Shown here piece by piece: positions 36,905-49,154 of a stretch of 64,000 nt of DNA. Below the pieces are notes generated by a model. The model was not told the DNA's origin and searched no databases. It saw only the letters and a list, made by a program, of their open reading frames with translations. Numbering within the stretch: position 1 is the first letter of the stretch; each line of letters begins with the position of its first letter. A program made the position numbers and the translations under genes. The stretch is from Selaginella moellendorffii (taxonomy: Eukaryota; Plantae; Lycopodiophyta): contig NW_003314290.1 of the NCBI RefSeq assembly GCF_000143415.4, forward strand, positions 248,001-312,000, written 5' to 3'.

Positions 36905-38260
36905 ATGGCGCAGCTTATGGCGCGGCGGCGGATTGCCCCATTTTTCTACAACCGAGCGCTGGAGCTTGGTCGTCTCGAAACAGCGGGAAACGGTGAGCTG
37001 CTAGTGCTTACAGGACCTCCGAACTCTGGCAAGTCGGCATTGCTGTCCGAGTTTAAGGAAAGGATGCAGGCAGAGCGCAAGGGATTCCCAATCCTCATCG
37101 ATATGCGCGCGGGAAAGTTCAACACTGCAGCTAGCTTCAGCAGGGAGCTCAAGGCCAAATCCGCCGTCCCTCTGATATCGCGTGTGGTCAGTGAGGGATT
37201 GAAGGCTGCCGTAGGTGTTGAGATTCCTGAAGAGGTAGAGATGGAAACTGGACAAGCTTTGAAGGAGGCTGTCCAACATGTCGAGTCTGCTAGTCCGGAC
37301 AATATGACGATTCTACTTGAGCGACTGGAAGCCTTGTTCAGCACGGTCAAAGCGTCTTTCACTGGGTTTACGCATGGAGCGGCCGCGGCATTCCCCACAC
37401 TGATCATAGACGAGGCAAACAGGCTTTACGAGTGGAGCGCTAGTCATGAAGAGCAGGAAAATCTGGCGACGCTTCAAGAGTGGTTGGTGATGATCACGAA
37501 GCAGAAGAAGCTGGCAAATGTGGTGTTAGCCAGCTCCGAGGACTCTTTCCGGATATGGATGGGAAACAGGGTAGGGCGAGAGAGGTTTACTGTGGCGGTG
37601 GTTGGCGATCTCGGAGACGAAGAGTCATTTGAGTTTTTCATGAGGGGGCTGACGTCGCCGTGGGAGTATTACTGTCCCAGCGTCAAGGATTACGTGTTTC
37701 CTCAGGCCTTGTGGGAAGAGATACACGGCTATGTTGGCGGGAGGATGCTACTGCTGGACAGAGTAGCAGCCAAGCTATCTCCACATCTGGCTTGTCTCAT
37801 GGTTAAAGGTGCAGATATGAAGGAGAGGAGCAAGGAAGTCGAGGCGGAGATGAAGCAGACATGGAATTCCTTCATGGTGTCACTCCGAAGCGCACTCTAC
37901 AATGAGATGCTGCTAGGCTGCGGCCCACACTCCCTAAGTGCAGAGTGGAAAAGGCCTGGTCCTACTGATGCTGCTCTAGCTGAGACCAAGCCCTTATGGA
38001 CGAAGGAGGAGTACCTTCAGCTCCTGGGAATGATCACTGCAAGGTCTGGTGTGGTCTCCGAAGATGAGGTCCTGGCAGCGGGAGTGTCGGAGCAAGCTCT
38101 CAAGAGCCTCATAATGCACAACTTTGCTCATTACAGGGACATTGGGGAGTGGGGAGGCACGGATCTTGCCTGGTACAAAGGAGGATTTCCTGTTGTTATG
38201 GCAATGTCCATGCCGTACTTTCATGCTATGAAGGACGTTTTAGCGCGGCATGGACTTTGA
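36905..38260 (+). CDS. Intronless P-loop ATPase of the 'archaeal ATPase' (ATPase_2/AAA_16, Yme2/RNA12-like) type
   Basis: FYNR..EL..L N-terminal motif; Walker A GPPNSGKS; Walker B LIIDEAN; VVLASS sensor; GGRM helical motif. First in-frame ATG is at 36905. Confidence 0.8.
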   Translation: MAQLMARRRIAPFFYNRALELGRLETAGNGELLVLTGPPNSGKSALLSEFKERMQAERKGFPILIDMRAGKFNTAASFSRELKAKSAVPLISRVVSEGLKAAVGVEIPEEVEMETGQALKEAVQHVESASPDNMTILLERLEALFSTVKASFTGFTHGAAAAFPTLIIDEANRLYEWSASHEEQENLATLQEWLVMITKQKKLANVVLASSEDSFRIWMGNRVGRERFTVAVVGDLGDEESFEFFMRGLTSPWEYYCPSVKDYVFPQALWEEIHGYVGGRMLLLDRVAAKLSPHLACLMVKGADMKERSKEVEAEMKQTWNSFMVSLRSALYNEMLLGCGPHSLSAEWKRPGPTDAALAETKPLWTKEEYLQLLGMITARSGVVSEDEVLAAGVSEQALKSLIMHNFAHYRDIGEWGGTDLAWYKGGFPVVMAMSMPYFHAMKDVLARHGL

Positions 38261-40629
38261 ATGGCAACGTGAGTTATTAGGGTTGTGTAATCCAGGCTAT
38301 AGTTTACCAAACCTTACAAGGCCATTGACAATAAAAGAAAATCACTCCAGCGCCAGATTTTTTAAACGAGCTCTCGCCCATTGTGCTCGCAATCTTGGCC
38401 TCCAATTCAACCGTGGGGAGCTGAAGACGTTACCACCGAGTGTGTCCACAATGGAATCTTCGTCAGCCTCCAATGACTTGTCTGGGGTGTCCAGTGATGT
38501 GTGTCTCAATAGGTGCTGACTGATCGGCTCTGGTCTCTCATGGATGCTGTATACCTGGGATTCCGCAGTTCTCCACAACATTGCGAGCTGGGTTCCGGCA
38601 TTACTATATAAGTGCTGATATTTTTTTGCCTTTAGCTTGTTGTTAAAAGTTTAACTTTGAAATAATCAACATTTTTGCACCATTTGGAGAACAAAGAAAG
38701 AAATTCTCGGCATTTCCTTTTTCAACCTTTGGAAAACAGATTTTTCGTTCATTCGTCTATAATACAGAATCCCAAAACCTACGGCCGCTGTCTAGATGTT
38801 TATCCATGATCTTGCTAGATTTTTATCCATGATCGAAAGAGGCTGGAATCATGTTGGAGGTCAACTTCGAGGTTGGTTTCCAAGGCCACTTTAGGTGGCA
38901 CGCTCGAGAGCTTACTCTTGTCCATGGTTGAGAGTGGCGGAAATGGCTCCTCTCATCAAGTGTTCACCCGATCACCAATGTGAGAAGGGCTTCAAGAACA
39001 AATGGCAAGTTAGAAAGCTCAAAAAGAATATCAAAGTTAGAAATCAAAACCTCTCAGATAGAGCACCATCTTTCAGAGCTTTTGCTGTCAAGTTCCAAGT
39101 CTCTTGAGTATATGAACAACAAGAAGAGAAACTGGAAGAGGCTGGATCACGAGATATAAAAGAAGAGGAAACGATTGATCGATCGATGACCTAACTGACC
39201 ACCGTCACAAAATTTTAAGATGCTACACATCCGGGTGCTACTAAAGAAGAAGAAAACGCTCCACAAATCAAACCATTGATAGTAAAACGAAGATATTTTT
39301 GCTGCTTTGCTTGTGCCAAAGTTTGACTTCTTTGTTTGACCGGTATCGACCGTTGTGAAGAATATTTTTTCAGCATCCGGGTAGGAATGCAATGAACGTG
39401 CGCCATAAGCGCTTAATGCATGCCATATGCGCGGCCCCAAGCTATAAGAAGTGACATTGTGCTCGTCGAACAAAATCTGCCTGGTGAGGGAGTTAAGGCT
39501 TGAAGAATGCACGATCCTCTAGGATCCTCTAGATCTTTCAAAATGAATCTGTTATGTATGGAATGACAACTATATTTTTAGGAGTGCTGTATGCTGCCTT
39601 CAACCTTCAAATAGTGTTGATTTTTCTTCACACTGATTCAAGGTTTTTTATGTGAATCTTTAAACTAACCTCGTTTAGTTGAGTTTTCTTGCAGCCTAGA
39701 TAGAGTAAGGTGCTTGCAATAAAATTCTTGAGCACCATCTTTTGAACATGCTTTGGTGAAATACAATATGGTTTGGAAAAAGAATAAGTTTTCAATAGTG
39801 TACATAGGTTTGACATATGTTTTGAAATTGGAACATATTTTGGTTTGTAAAATAAATTTCATATAATTCTCTGATGCCAATTTTGAAATTTGAACATAAT
39901 ACAGTTTTTAATGTAGCTAACATATAATTCTCAAAAGCACAATTTTGAAACTGAATGTAAATAACATATGATTCTCTTAAGCAAATAACTAAGTTTTACT
40001 AAGTTTTATATACTAACAATAGTTTTAGATTGCTTTCGATCATTCCTTAATGATGTAGAATTATATTTGGACTTTCTATAACTGGAAATCCTACTTTTTA
40101 AGGATAATGGTGCCATCTTCTGGAAGTAAGAATTGGCCTAGAAAAAAAACAAAGCCAAGATTCTGGAATGCCACCCACTGCTGGCTCTATGCCTAGGCAC
40201 TGCCAAGCTTTTATTGACAAAAAATAAGAAAAAGGAAGAGACACAGTTAACATCCAAGAGTCACAGTGGTCAACTTGACCTGAGGGAAGCTGGAACATTC
40301 CCTCGCTACCAGTCCAGCACAAGCCTTCAATGCAACAATAAAAGTTCAATGGTGCACTCACAGTTGGAGGAGGAGACCATTGTTACAGACAGCTGCAGTT
40401 GTCCGTTGAGATCTTCTTAGTGCTCATCATAGACAGTTCTATAAGACACCATTGCAAAAGATAATTCCATTTTCCCACACTTCAAGTACATGTCAAGGAG
40501 TGTGTTGGCAACGAAGATGTCGTTGTCCTTGCAGCCCGTGCACGAATTTCCATCCCTCTGTTCAAGGCCCAGACTTTCACCATCTAGTTTCTGCTGCCAA
40601 CTTCATTGCTTCTTCGTTCGCAGCCAGGT

Positions 40630-40930
40630 TTGAACAATTCGGCACAGCCCGAGGCTTGCATTTGCTGAAGTAAATCCAGAGCTACGTTGCCTTGGCCATT
40701 GTTAGCATATCCCGGGATGAGAACATTCCAAAGAACGAAGTCGGGGCTGTGGACTTTGTTGAAAGCCTTTACGAGCGTTTGCTGTGCTGCTGCACTGGCG
40801 TACGTTTCCACCAGCTTGCTGGTCACGAATATGTGGCCTTCAAGGAGACGTGCTTATGTTCTTTCGCCTTTTTTCTTTCTTGTAGCTACAATGCCTGTGA
40901 GATGATCGATTCGATGTTTGTTTCGAGATC
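40630..40930 (-). pseudogene. PPR pseudogene fragment
   Basis: HIFVTSKLVETYA..KAFNKVHSPDFVLWNVLIPGYANNGQGNVALDLLQQMQASGC is a degenerate S/P motif pair; the flanks are frameshifted. Confidence 0.75.
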
Positions 40931-41950
40931 AAAACTTTGTTAATCTCTCTCTCTCTTTCTCCATCTGGCAAACACTAGTTTTTCCAGGCCTTGACGCTAA
41001 GGACAGTGCCAAAGAGCCAATTGCCTGAGTGTGTGGATCAAACACAAGCAGTGGAAAAGCATATCCGGGTGCCAATGATGCTTGCTTGGTTTTCAACCCG
41101 AACGGAGATGCTAAGTCAAGGTTTGAGGTTTTACAGTAGCTTTGCACGTATTATTTGGTGTATTAAAACAGCTCTCTAGTCCTGAGGCATCCGCTTTGTG
41201 TCTAGATCGTGTTTCTCCGATGACGAAACTTTTTTGCAAGAGTGTGTGATTTCCAGTGAGCTTTCTAGTTTCTAATTGTCACTACCAAAGGAGATTTTTA
41301 TCAAGTTTGGAAGTAACATTTCTTTTTTGTGATCAAACCACTGGGACTTCTATCGGGGAGGATTGCCTTTGAGTAATTTCTGGAGCTCGATACGGCGTAC
41401 GTGCTCACGGTCAACATATACACTGGTGCTAAATGCTGGACGAGAGTGCCAAGATACAAACCAGGAGAAGAAGTCGTGGTGCTTCGGTTCGTTGGTTCCT
41501 TCTCTCATCTCCTTGGGTTTTCTTTTGCAGTTCATGAGTCTGTGGATCAAGGCAGGATGTGAACAGTATGTTCAAGTCTTGGGTGAGTATTTCGTTTGCA
41601 TTTGCGCTTTTCTGTGCCTGATGGTCATTCTCGTCAGGCTTGCAGCAGTCACTCGCCTGGCTTCGCCTTGAATGGAGGTAAAATTCACTTTTAAAGATGA
41701 GAAAGCCGGCTCTATCGTTTAATTCCGCAGGAAGAACAGAGTTCTTTGGACAAGCCACTGATCTTCCTTGTGTCAAGTCTTTCGCGATGCAGCAATCTCG
41801 TAGCTGATCGAGAAGAGGTCTCAACTCGGTTTCACGCCAGAGCCAATGACAGCGGTGAAACCTCAAATCAAACAAATTGTATGTATTGGCGGGAGACTGA
41901 GAATTGGAGGGAAATTATAGGGCTTGCGCACACCCCTAGGGTTTTTGCGC

Positions 41951-44303
41951 ATGGAATGGCGGGGGGGTGCGCCTTACGCGCCGGATCGTGCTGCTTCTGG
42001 TGCCGAGAGCGATGCATCGCCATCGCTAGGCAAGCGCAAGACTCCGTCGGAACTGCGGGTGAGAATTTGTCCCCCGTTTCTTCTTTCGTGAGATGATGCT
42101 AATCGGATCTGTAGCGCGAGCAACTCAAACGTGCCAATAGCCAGGATGCTGGCTCAGCGCAAAGGTACGCAAGCGGCATTTGGATATTTCAAGCGTCATG
42201 GATGAGATGCTTTGCTTTTTTGTTTTTTTTTTTGGTTTTTGACAGGCCCGACGCACCAAAGCCGCCGAGGTTTTCTGAGACGCGCGCTTCGGATGTGTGT
42301 GCTCCTACCAAGTCTGCTGAAAAGCCCAAGTTTAGCTTGTCCAAATACAAAGTAAGTTCTCGTGTTCTCTTCGATCGCTAGAACTTAAAGAGGATACATT
42401 TATATAGGACGAACACTCTACAAAAGGGAAAGAAATTAAGCAGTAAGTGATGATTCTTTTCTTCGTGTTGAGTTTCAAAGTTGAGTTTCTTTCCAGGAAT
42501 CAAGGAGAGGCATCGACGAGCAATTCAAAGTTCAAGAATGTCGCTGAGCTTTCTTGTAGAATACAGCAACCACAAGCGTCTCCAGCCGTGGACATGGTAG
42601 TTTTTGTTTTTCAGTTTCGTGTTTCAACTAACATCTCTTTGAACAGGCGGAAGCTATAAAAGCTCTTGCAGTGATCAAGGCGCCTGAGAAAGTTCCTCGT
42701 CCAATTAGCAGGTCTTCATCCGCGCCTGCTGAATTTGACAACCAGAGGACGAAAAAACTTCCAGTATTGCCACTAGATCTCACTCTAAAGCTTACTGCTC
42801 GTTTTCTTTCCTGTACATCGTTTCACTGGTGAGCTTTCGGTTGTTATACTTTTCGGGTTTGGTGTTAAGGTTTATGCTTCTGATCACAGGTGCCATAGGT
42901 TTGGTGTACAAAATCAGTTTCAAGGGTTGAAGCAGTTTATACAATCTGGTCTAGGCGTAGAAAATCCACACGGTCACAAAGCGTCAGAAGTCGAAAGTGA
43001 TTTTTGGAAAGGCCTGCATTCCTGGGTTTACCCTCAGCTTTCATTTCCTCCAGAAGTTCTTTCTGCCTTAATGTCACCCGCAGCTCGCGCTGGTATTGTC
43101 TTTTTCAGTTTCTGCGAAAGTCAGCTGATTTCTTCCTTTCTTCTTTGGTCTTAGCAGGAAGCTCTTTTTTGGAACAAAGACAACGTGACTGGGAAGATTC
43201 GTTTCATTCTCTGTACTATGCATTCCGGAACAAGCTCTGCAACATTTTTTACTGTAAGGTTTCATTTCTGTCCACGTTTTAATCTCCCGTTCGTGCAGTT
43301 TGTGGTTCCCAATTTGTAGTAGCATTCTTGTGCGGAAGATCACAGGAGCAAATTTGTGCGTATCTCTCAAGGTCAACTCGTGGACTTCGTGCTCTTCTTC
43401 AAAAACAAGTATGTATGCTTATTCTTTAAATATATATCGTGAAACTCACTCAGTTTCTTGACAAGGGTGTAAGCTTTTCAATGCCTTTGTGCAAACTGGA
43501 CTCAAAACCTGCGTCAGCAGAAGAGCTTCAAGAACTCTCTGCGTTTGAGAAGTTGAATCCTGGGCAGGTAGTTTTGACAAGTTTTGATATGAAACGGGAG
43601 GTGACTTTTGCTGAAAAATTAACAGACACGACTGGTGGACTCGATGGCTGCAGTTGACAATAGCGTCCAATCTCTGCTAGCTTTTAACGGAAGCCAAAGC
43701 GTCCACCGCCTGTATGATTTCCTGTTGAACTACAGGTATGCTTGCTTATGATGTACGTCACATTGAGGAACTTTCTGCCAGATTTTTTGTGGGAAGCATG
43801 ACTCGTGCTGATGTACCTGTACTCTATTCCCCAGTTCCCTTTCATAACGCATCGTTGAAAGTCCCCGAGGCAGGTGTTTTTGCATCGACCAGTCCAATGC
43901 ATCATGTTTATTGACGTGAAAGCTGCAGGTGTGCAGTAAGCAGATGCAGGTCATTGACGGATCTGCCGTGTCCACGAACAACTCGTACAGCCTTGAGATA
44001 AAAGCTACGTGCTTGGCACCATGGGTGATTTCCAGGCTGTGTGTTGCCTTGAGGAGGCTCCACAAAGAGACTTTTGAAGTAAGGTAAGTAGTTCCTTTTA
44101 GTTATTTTGAGCACCAAACTGAAACAAGATCTGGTTCTTTTAGTTTCACTACAGAGCCACTCAGCGAAGGTCTCAACATCGCGCAGCTTCACGAGGAAGC
44201 TGCATGCAACGAGTTGGGCTTCGGTCTGGCTTCAACATTCGCTTCGGGGTCGATCAGACAGATCAAGTGCATAGACGGTTCCTACGTGGCTACAGTAAGC
44301 TAG
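41951..44303 (+). CDS. DONSON: DONSON (downstream neighbour of SON) homologue; multi-exon
   Basis: KRKTPSELR|REQLKR, LPLDLTLK..RF..SFHW, SWVYPQ, WEDSFHSLY, STRGLRALL, LYDFLLN, VPVLYSPVPF. Confidence 0.88.
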
Positions 44304-44450
44304 TAAACGCGTAAGAATTCCCTTGCTCTGTTCGCCACGTCTTGTAGCAAGGGTAGTCAGGTGGCTGGCCCTCCAGCATCCACGTGTAGATAACGGTTCT
44401 AAAATAGTTTAAAGATCAAGATTTTGCGGAGAAGTTTGTGGCAAGACAGG

Positions 44451-45244
44451 ATGGCCAGGCTTGTAGTAGTGTTCGTCGCGCTGACAATCGCGAGCAGCGC
44501 GGTTGCTGCTCCTTCCAGTGGGTTTGAACAGGTTGTACAGCTCTATTCAGCTGAAGGCTCCGAGAGTTGTGGACCCAAGCTCTCAATTGAGACCCCGCAT
44601 TGCAAGATCGAGGCAAGGAAGAACGGCTACGAGCTCCGCAAGTATCCCGAGGGACAGGTCTGTAACAATTCTTACTTTTTGTTTTTCCTTGACTTGTTCT
44701 TCAACTAACAGAACAATTTTTTCTTTCTTTTTCTTACGAATCAGGTGTGGGTGGAGACTCTGGTTGCAAATTCATCCTACTCGGCAGCGGTTTCCGTGGG
44801 CTTTTACCGTCTCTTTTACTACATCTCTGGTAAGAATGAGAAAGGCGAGGTCATAGAAATGACTGCCCCGGTTTTGGTTCATCCCTACGAGGAGCGTGGA
44901 GGATACAAAGTCTCCTTCTATGCACCAAGCAGGTACTTCAGAACAGTCCAGAGCTTCCGTTTACTGTTGTACTCCTTGGCAGATTTAAGTCTCACAAGGA
45001 CCTCCCAAAGCCCATGGACAAGAACGTCAAGTTCCTGGTGACAAAAGAACATACTTACGCGGTGTCCGGGCCTTTCGGAGGCTTTCCAACCGAGCCTGAC
45101 TACGAAAAGAGGCTCAAGGCCTTGAAAGAAGCGCTGGACAAGGACGACGTCGAGTATAACGGCGAGAAAGTCTACTACGCCGGGTACAGCAGTCCTTTCG
45201 AGTTTGTCAATCGGAAGCAAGAGGTCCACTTACTCACCAAGTGA
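44451..45244 (+). CDS. Second SOUL/HBP heme-binding protein with signal peptide; 3 coding exons
   Basis: IETPHCK..YELRKY|..GFYRLFYYISGKN..IEMTAPV..|..AGYSSPF..RKQEV. Confidence 0.92.
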
Positions 45245-46898
45245 GAAAGCGAGCGAGCAAGCCGGCCCATGGGATTCGCAAGAAGCCTGGTAAGTCGCAT
45301 TCGCTTATCTCTTCTATCCTCGACGAAACGCTCAATGACTTACACGTTTCTTCTCGCATCTCTGCAGGACTGCTACGGTTCTACTTCTCCATCACAAGCT
45401 TAATTGGTAGCAGCGCGTACAGGTTCTTTAAAGTTCTTCTCGTTTTGGTTTCCTTGTCCGGTATTTATTCGCGCAATGGTGATGTGAGAGTGGTCTCTCA
45501 TTGAATGGAGCCATTTCTCCGGGCTGGCCACTCAGCTGTTTGTCTAGCCTATCTTTTTTTCTTAGTTTGTATTTCCTGGAGGATGCTTTTGCTTTTGCTT
45601 TTGCCTTTGTTTGCTCTGCCGCGTGAGATCGAGTCCCCCGTCATGAGCTCCTCGCTGTCGGTTCTTTGTCGATGGTGTGTGTATGGAACGTCGTCTTGCA
45701 GGCTTCGCTGATCGCTTTGCTTGTTTTGATTGCTTCTTCTGTTGCCACTGACGCTCCTGCTCCTGCTGCTGCTGCTGCTGCTGCGACTGCTCGAAAAACA
45801 AAAGAGAAAAACTGAAAAGGAGGTTGGCTTTAAGTTCAGAGCTCTAGCTCAAGAACCAAAAGACCATCTTATCTCTTTTTTTCGCGCGCTCCTCTCGCTC
45901 TCTCTGTCTAGTTTTGTTTGCTTGTGGTGCTTTCATCCAGAGGTGCCTGCCATGTTTCACGGATTTGAGACACTCGTGGAGGGAAATCCCACGCAACTTG
46001 GTGGTGCAAATACAAAATTTTGCTGGAGCGCTGGGCTGGAACTGGAATAGTCCTTTTTAAAACACTAGTAAATAATAGTCTGGAAGAACATCCATGATCA
46101 ATCAAGCCACGAAGTACACACGACTGTGCTCTGATTTATATATAGCCACCTTTGGTTATATTAACTCTTTTTGGTTTTGTATCCCCGGTCCAAAGTCAAG
46201 GCGCCTTGCGAATCATAGTTGTTGTCAAGATTCCAGATCAATCAAAATCAAACTCTCGATTATTTTGGCTAAGATCTCACTTGTCAAGAGAGCAATAAAC
46301 TGGATTACGTTGTGACTTGTCTCCTTGAATCACTTCCCAGTCAAAAGGAATTAACAATAACTAATTTATAAAAAGTAATACTTCGTTACTAGAATATTGT
46401 CAAAATTAAATAAAAAGTAAAAACTGAAAAAAATTGAATTTGTACCTGGAGCTCTGGTGGACGATGATCTCAAGAACAAATTGTCAGAGGAAGATTAATT
46501 AAAAGGCCAAGAAGAAGAAAGAAAGAAAGGAATGAATGTAATGTAGGCGTATTAAGCTTTCTTTCCATAAATGATAACTGTCCTCGTTTACTCCCCCATA
46601 GCATAGCTCTCAAAATAACATTCCATACTAGCCATAGCAGCCGTTGCTCAACAATCTCCTCTTCTTTCTTTCTTGCTGTCCAAACAAGAAAGTAGTGAAA
46701 CTGTAAAGAATCAATCGGGGCGAGCGAGCTCTCAATCAGATCAGCGAGAAAAGAGCAACAATCAAGGAAGAAAAACGAGTCACAGAACAGGGACTTTTGC
46801 AAAGGTGAGTGAGTGAGTTCCAATCCTTCCAAGCAAATGGAGGAGTAGAGAGAACTTTGGAGTGTATGTAGAGAATCAATCTCAGTGTAGAGGGAGCT

Positions 46899-49154
46899 AT
46901 GGCCGGAGATCACTCTAGAGGTGGGGGCGATAGAGTAGCAGCAGGGACGAGCAAGCAATCTAGCGGTAATACCAACGGCAGCTTTGGAGGATGGCTCCAG
47001 AGAGTGCGAAGAACAGGCGAGTATAGCGACGTGCTCGTCCGGTTTGGCGACTCGGCCGAGTTTAATCTCCATCTTCTTCCACTCAAAAACGCTTCCTCAT
47101 TCTTCCGCGAGCTCCACAACCAAGACCAAGAAGAAGAAGAAGAACAAGGAGGAGAAAGCCACCACCAAGTAGAGCGAGGAGAAGGAGAGATCCTCGATAG
47201 CTCTCGCAAGAGTGCAAGGAAGAAGATCCAGCGGGAGAGAGAAGTGGTGGAGCTCGACCTTTTAGGCGGCGCCGCCGCCTTCTCCACGGCGGCGGACTTC
47301 TGCTACCTCATCAAGCCGGCCTTCACATTCTCAAACGTAGCGCGAGTCCGATCGGTGGCGGCGGAGCTGGGCATGCCCGACCTGCTCGACTCCGCCAAGC
47401 GCTTCCTCTACACCAGCGTCTTCAGCCACTGGCGGTCGTGCGCGGGCTTCCTCCAGCACTACTCGCGATTCGGCGACTCCCCCGTGGACGACTACATCGA
47501 GTCGCGCTGCCTGAAAGTCCTGGCCTCGGCGCTCACCAAGGCCTTCGCGGACACCAAGCACGTCTCCGTGCCGCTCCCCCGGAATCTCTCCTCCAAGAGC
47601 GCCGGAAGAGGCTTTCTCGAGGGTGGCAGCAAATGCCCGGCCGCGGCATCTGGTGGCGCCGCCGCTTCCTCGGGCTCCTCGACACTCGGATCGTCCGGCT
47701 CGCCGTCCACAGCTCCGCCCAAGGCCGCCGCCGCCGCCACCGCCGCCACCACCACCACCACCACTTGGCACTGTTCTTCCTCGCCGTGTAGCTCGCTCAC
47801 CGAGGTGCTCGTCACCATGGCGTCGCGGTTGCCCGACCTCTACATGGCGCCGCTGGTGGCGACGCTGGTGGAGGCGGACGTGAATCTCAGCCTCAAGTGC
47901 CGCCAGGGGAGGAACGTCCGCGCGTGGCTCTCCCACGTCCTGCGCGACGAGTGTGGATCGCTATCGCCGCCCTCGTCCTCCTCCTCGGGCCACCGCGCGC
48001 GCTGCTGGATCGTCATCGCCCTCGCCGAGATGCTCCTCCGCCGCTCCTCCTCGCTGGAGCTCTCCTCCCAGTACTGGTGTAGCCTCCTAGAGCACGTCGA
48101 GGAGCTCCTGGCGCTCGAGCGAGAGAGACCCTTCTGGAATGCGGGCGTGGGCGATCGATCCAAGCACGTGGGCGTCGAGATCGCGCAACTGGGTTCCCAA
48201 ATCTGGCCGCGCCTCCGCGGGATCCACTCCCAGCTCGAGCAGCGCATCGGCGCCAGCCTCCACGAGCTGGACGACTACCTCCATAGCTACCGCTTCTCGG
48301 CGCCGACGCTACTCTCCCTCGTCACCCATTTCGTGGAGAATCGTTGCGATGGAGGGAGCAAGGAATCGCTGGAGCAGCTCGAGGAGGTAGCGGCGGAGGT
48401 GGACGGCTGCCTGTGGATCTTCGCGGAGGAGACCCCGCCCGCGATCACGCCCAAGCACTTCGTGGAGATCTTCTCGGCTTTCCCGGCGCAGTCCCGCGCA
48501 TCGCACGACTCGCTCTACTCCTCGATTGACCGGATGCTCTCCAAGGCCATGGCGGATCATCGCGAGGACGCCGCGGAGGAGATCCAGGCGCTGTGGCGGC
48601 TCGTGGATTGTGACAAGCTGAGCCCGGCAGTGCACGATCGAGCGCTCAACAACCCATCCTTCCTGTGCCAGCCCCACGTCCTGGAGAGGGTGCTGAGGAT
48701 CCACAGCGAGGAGCTCGCGGCTGGCAACCATGGCGGCGATCGCCAGGACCTCAAGAACATCATGCACAAGGTGATCAAGGCCAGCCTCAAGCTACTCGAG
48801 GAGAACTCGCGGCGGTCCAAGGAGATCCTCCAGCTCCAGAACCAATACTCGGCCCTCCTCCACCTCGGCAAGAGCAATCCCGGCACCACCAAGCTCCGCC
48901 CGCCATCCTCTCTCGATCCAAGGTCCTCCTCTTCCGCTCCGCGAGAGTTTGATCACGACCAAGAGGAAGTTGACGAAGATCTCCGGGTCGAGGACGAGGA
49001 CGATCTCTCGCGGCTGCCGTTCAAGAAGAAGCACGATACCGAGGACGAGGAAGACGAGCACGTCGTGGGCCTTGTCCAGGCACCGCAAACACCCATGGTG
49101 GAAGCCAGAAGATCTTTGCACTGCCTCACAGTAGGAGAGATCCTTGCTTCCTAG
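46899..49154 (+). CDS. Divergent BTB/POZ-NPH3 (NRL-like) protein, intronless
   Basis: SDVLVRFG..FNLHLLPL..GGAAAFSTAADFCY..NVARVRSVAAELGM (BTB); RASHDSLYSSID..LVDCDKLS..ALNN (NPH3 C-terminal part); coiled coil and acidic tail. Confidence 0.82.
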   Translation: MAGDHSRGGGDRVAAGTSKQSSGNTNGSFGGWLQRVRRTGEYSDVLVRFGDSAEFNLHLLPLKNASSFFRELHNQDQEEEEEQGGESHHQVERGEGEILDSSRKSARKKIQREREVVELDLLGGAAAFSTAADFCYLIKPAFTFSNVARVRSVAAELGMPDLLDSAKRFLYTSVFSHWRSCAGFLQHYSRFGDSPVDDYIESRCLKVLASALTKAFADTKHVSVPLPRNLSSKSAGRGFLEGGSKCPAAASGGAAASSGSSTLGSSGSPSTAPPKAAAAATAATTTTTTWHCSSSPCSSLTEVLVTMASRLPDLYMAPLVATLVEADVNLSLKCRQGRNVRAWLSHVLRDECGSLSPPSSSSSGHRARCWIVIALAEMLLRRSSSLELSSQYWCSLLEHVEELLALERERPFWNAGVGDRSKHVGVEIAQLGSQIWPRLRGIHSQLEQRIGASLHELDDYLHSYRFSAPTLLSLVTHFVENRCDGGSKESLEQLEEVAAEVDGCLWIFAEETPPAITPKHFVEIFSAFPAQSRASHDSLYSSIDRMLSKAMADHREDAAEEIQALWRLVDCDKLSPAVHDRALNNPSFLCQPHVLERVLRIHSEELAAGNHGGDRQDLKNIMHKVIKASLKLLEENSRRSKEILQLQNQYSALLHLGKSNPGTTKLRPPSSLDPRSSSSAPREFDHDQEEVDEDLRVEDEDDLSRLPFKKKHDTEDEEDEHVVGLVQAPQTPMVEARRSLHCLTVGEILAS

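Noticed and set aside
36829-38670. Terminal inverted repeats around the ATPase gene
   Set aside because: Only vague AT-rich similarity (gttgat...aaactt); not convincing without an alignment of paralogues.
45505-46050. Small peptide ORFs around the (CTG)n repeat
   Set aside because: Products are driven by the microsatellite and show no CLE, DVL or RALF-type motif.
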